Shown piece by piece: positions 26,085-28,239 of a stretch of DNA of 28,239 bases. Where the stretch lies: positions 1-28,239 of the IMG/VR virus record IMGVR_UViG_3300012942_000112; one strand, given 5' to 3'. This DNA is from a virus. Lineage: Duplodnaviria > Caudoviricetes. Position 1 is the stretch's first letter; each line of letters begins with the position of its first letter. Made by a program: the position numbers and the translations under genes. Below the pieces are notes generated by a model. That model did not search any database and was not told where the DNA came from. It saw only the letters and a program-made list of their open reading frames with translations.

Positions 26085-26236
26085 CGACTCTCCCCAAGCT
26101 CACATGCCGCCGATGCGGCCATCGATGGGTGGCCCGCGTCCCGGACCCGAAGACATGCGCCTCGAAGAAGTGCAAGTCCCCGTATTGGAATAAGCCCCGC
26201 GCCCATGGCTCAAGACCTTCTCGCCGGGCTCGATAG
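26081..26236 (+). CDS. Small zinc-ribbon protein (51 aa)
   Basis: CRRCGHRW...PKTCASKKCKSPYWNKPR; ATGA overlap; below the ORF-track cutoff. Confidence 0.75.
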   Translation: MTTLPKLTCRRCGHRWVARVPDPKTCASKKCKSPYWNKPRAHGSRPSRRAR

Positions 26237-26636
26237 CGAAGCGCGGGTCGTCGTGAGCTCGTGGCTCGACGACCTCCGCTATCGCGACTCGCATCCCGCA
26301 ATTCAGCGCGCCATCGCCCGGTCCATCGTGGCGACGCTCTCGAAGTATCGACGCGCGACGCGCCCGGACCGCATACTTCTCGGATGGGCCATCGACAAAA
26401 TCGAGCACGGCTACTCCGTGGAGGACCTCATTTCCGGCGGCGGGCACGAGGGCGGCTATTTCGTCTCCATCGGCGTCGGCCGGCACGGCCTCCTCGAGAA
26501 GACGCTCCGCCCGGATGAGGTCGGCGTGCATATCCGCGGCCGCGGCGTGCATGTCGAGAAGCTCCGGGACCTTTACCGGCGGGCCGAAGCAGAGCGCACC
26601 CGGCGCCGCGCGCGGCAATCATCACTTTTCGCATGA
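26205..26636 (+). CDS. Hypothetical protein (143 aa)
   Basis: Typical codon usage; coupled to the next gene. Confidence 0.65.
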   Translation: MAQDLLAGLDSEARVVVSSWLDDLRYRDSHPAIQRAIARSIVATLSKYRRATRPDRILLGWAIDKIEHGYSVEDLISGGGHEGGYFVSIGVGRHGLLEKTLRPDEVGVHIRGRGVHVEKLRDLYRRAEAERTRRRARQSSLFA

Positions 26637-26824
26637 ACCCGCGCAAGGACCACACCCTCATCCCTTTCGGGACGAATCAAGGGACCAAATGGAGCGATGC
26701 TCCCGAGTCATGGCTCTACTTCATCGCCCGGCGCGCTACATTCCTCGGCCGGCTCGCCCGGAAGGAGATTCGCCGGCGAGTCGAGCTCCGCGGCGGGACC
26801 CCGCCTATTTGGTCCGACGAATAA
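26633..26824 (+). CDS. Small protein with PFGxxxG motif (DUF3820-like)
   Basis: IPFGTNQGTKWSDAPESWLYFI. Confidence 0.6.
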   Translation: MNPRKDHTLIPFGTNQGTKWSDAPESWLYFIARRATFLGRLARKEIRRRVELRGGTPPIWSDE

Positions 26825-26836
26825 TCCACAATCTCC

Positions 26837-26863
26837 ACACCCGCCCCGCCCGGCGGGTGTTTT
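26837..26863 (+). terminator. Hairpin/likely terminator abutting the next promoter
   Basis: ACACCCGCC-6 nt-GGCGGGTGT then TTT. Confidence 0.5.
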
Positions 26864-26924
26864 CGTGCGCTATACTACGGGGACAGGTCGAATCTTTTAC
26901 TCACCATCCATCACGCTAGCTACC

Positions 26925-27023
26925 ATGGACGAACAGGAAAAGCAGGAATCCGGCGTCGACACTTCCGAGGAATCGGGTGCCGAGGCGGAGGAGTCCGGCA
27001 CCGATACGGGCGCGGCCGAGTAG
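26925..27023 (+). CDS. Very acidic 32-aa peptide
   Basis: MDEQEKQESGVDTSEESGAEAEESGTDTGAAE*; first ATG after the promoter at 26871. Confidence 0.5.
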   Translation: MDEQEKQESGVDTSEESGAEAEESGTDTGAAE

Positions 27024-27069
27024 GCCATTTCTTACCCGGCCGGCCGCAAGCCGGTCGGACCATACACCA

Positions 27070-27279
27070 ATGAGCGACAAAAACGAAGTCAGGTATAAGG
27101 GCACCATCGTCGAGAATCTTCCCGGCATTCTTTTCCGCATCGAAAGCGAGGGCCGGGTCGTGCTCGGCTATCTCTCCGGGAAGATGCGGCAAAACCGCAT
27201 CGGGGTCGGAATCGGAGACGAGGTGCTTTTCGTGATGCCGCCGAATGCCGCACAGGCCCGCATCGTCCGCCGCGTATGA
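27070..27279 (+). CDS. infA: Translation initiation factor IF-1 homologue
   Basis: 69 aa; GTIVENLP..FRI...VLGYLSGKMRQNRI....GDEV...ARIVRR. Confidence 0.9.
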   Translation: MSDKNEVRYKGTIVENLPGILFRIESEGRVVLGYLSGKMRQNRIGVGIGDEVLFVMPPNAAQARIVRRV

Positions 27280-27725
27280 GCTACTCCCGCATCGATGAGA
27301 ATTCATGCTCGGTCGATTTCGTCATCAAGGGGCGAAGCGATGACGAGATGGGGAATCCGCTCCCGAAAATCCGCAAGACCTTCCGGCAGAGGCACACGCC
27401 CGAGGTCGCCCGCTATATCGAGTGGAAGGAATGGGTCCGCGCCGCGTGCCTCGACGGGCTCGGGAAGAAAGGGGAGCGAGAGCTCATCACGCCCAAGACC
27501 TTCGCGAGCGGCAAGCTCCTCGATACCGGGAAGGAGCCGGCATTCATGCGTATCATGATTTTCTTCGCGGCCAAGGGCGCGCACCCGGACCCGGAAAATG
27601 TCTTCGGCTCTATCGCCGACGCGCTTTTCGTGAATGACAATCTCCTCTCGGGCGCCTTCTCCTTCGCGTATGCCGCACCGGGGAAGCCGCCGCGGGTCGA
27701 AGTGCATCTCGAATTGCCTATATGA
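27276..27725 (+). CDS. RusA-like Holliday junction resolvase (divergent)
   Basis: HPDPENVFGSIADALFVND and terminal PRVEV. Confidence 0.7.
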   Translation: MSYSRIDENSCSVDFVIKGRSDDEMGNPLPKIRKTFRQRHTPEVARYIEWKEWVRAACLDGLGKKGERELITPKTFASGKLLDTGKEPAFMRIMIFFAAKGAHPDPENVFGSIADALFVNDNLLSGAFSFAYAAPGKPPRVEVHLELPI

Positions 27726-28239
27726 AGCCCGACATCCTCTATCTCCTCCGGGACCGCGAGAGCAAGTGGAACGACGGAGAGCTCCGTTTCTCGCTCCGCT
27801 CCCTCAAGAATTTCCCGCATGGCCGCGTCTTCATCGCTTCCGGCCGGCGCCCGGAGTGGCTCACCGGCGTCGAATTCGTCGATGCGGCCGACTCGTATGA
27901 GAACAAGCTCGCGAATGCCGTCTTCAAGATACGGACCGCGTGCCGGGACCCGCGCATCTCGGAGAAATTCGTGCTCATGAATGACGACTTCTTCTTCCTC
28001 CGCGGCACGCCGAAGCTCGAGCCGTATACGCTCATCACCAAAGGCAAGAATGAGACGCTCGCCGCGATGGAGGAGGAGCACGCGACCAAAGCCGGGTATT
28101 ATTTCGCCGCGACGACCCGCACGCGCCGCCTCCTCCAAGATGCCGGCATCACTCGCCCGCTCTCGTATGAGATGCACTACCCCATCGAGCTCGAGAAGGA
28201 GAAATTCCTCGCCGCGACCGATACGCTCGATTGGGAGGA
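27722..28239 (+). CDS. Stealth-family (hexose-1-phosphate transferase-like) protein, 3' truncated
   Basis: Manual translation: DILY...ELRFSLRSL...PEWL...ISEKFVLMNDDFFF...HYP, matching Stealth conserved regions; absent from the ORF track. Confidence 0.75.
   Translation, partial: MKPDILYLLRDRESKWNDGELRFSLRSLKNFPHGRVFIASGRRPEWLTGVEFVDAADSYENKLANAVFKIRTACRDPRISEKFVLMNDDFFFLRGTPKLEPYTLITKGKNETLAAMEEEHATKAGYYFAATTRTRRLLQDAGITRPLSYEMHYPIELEKEKFLAATDTLDWE

Noticed and set aside
3092-27069. ORF-track starts at 3092, 6459, 12508, 18701, 19303, 19737, 21033, 22393, 24672, 25521, 26697 and 26977
   Set aside because: Most overlap upstream genes or use TTG; downstream ATGs fit ATGA coupling, promoter spacing or domain boundaries better.
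1-28239. Stop-codon reassignment
   Set aside because: TAA, TAG and TGA all end genes at sensible boundaries and conserved proteins are full length.
1-28239. CRISPR array, tRNA genes, integrase/att site
   Set aside because: No repeat-spacer periodicity, cloverleaf or site-specific recombinase motif found; lifestyle cannot be decided from this window.

Overview
This window is most of a small, GC-rich, HK97-fold siphovirus-type phage genome, with every credible protein gene on the + strand. In order it holds the terminase C-terminus, head module (portal fused to a MuF-like domain, protease, capsid), neck and tail genes with a -1 frameshifted tail chaperone, lysis module, recombination genes, a four-gene glycan-modification operon, a replication initiator, small accessory genes, IF-1, a RusA-like nuclease and a truncated Stealth-family gene. 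No integrase, CRISPR array or tRNA was seen. The host is unknown; the rarity of Shine-Dalgarno (SD) sites and an SSB-like tail suggest Patescibacteria/CPR (inference only). Two candidate systems stand out. (1) Virion glycan decoration: the capsid and tail tube proteins end in the same tetrapeptide EAES, and the phage carries two glycosyltransferases, a pyruvyltransferase, a deacetylase and a Stealth phosphotransferase. (2) Translation take-over: a ~138-nt minus-strand RNA with its own promoter and terminator presents a 13-nt complement of the 16S rRNA 3' end but no ORF, alongside eight apparent leaderless promoters and a phage IF-1. All family assignments come from motif recognition by eye, not database searches.
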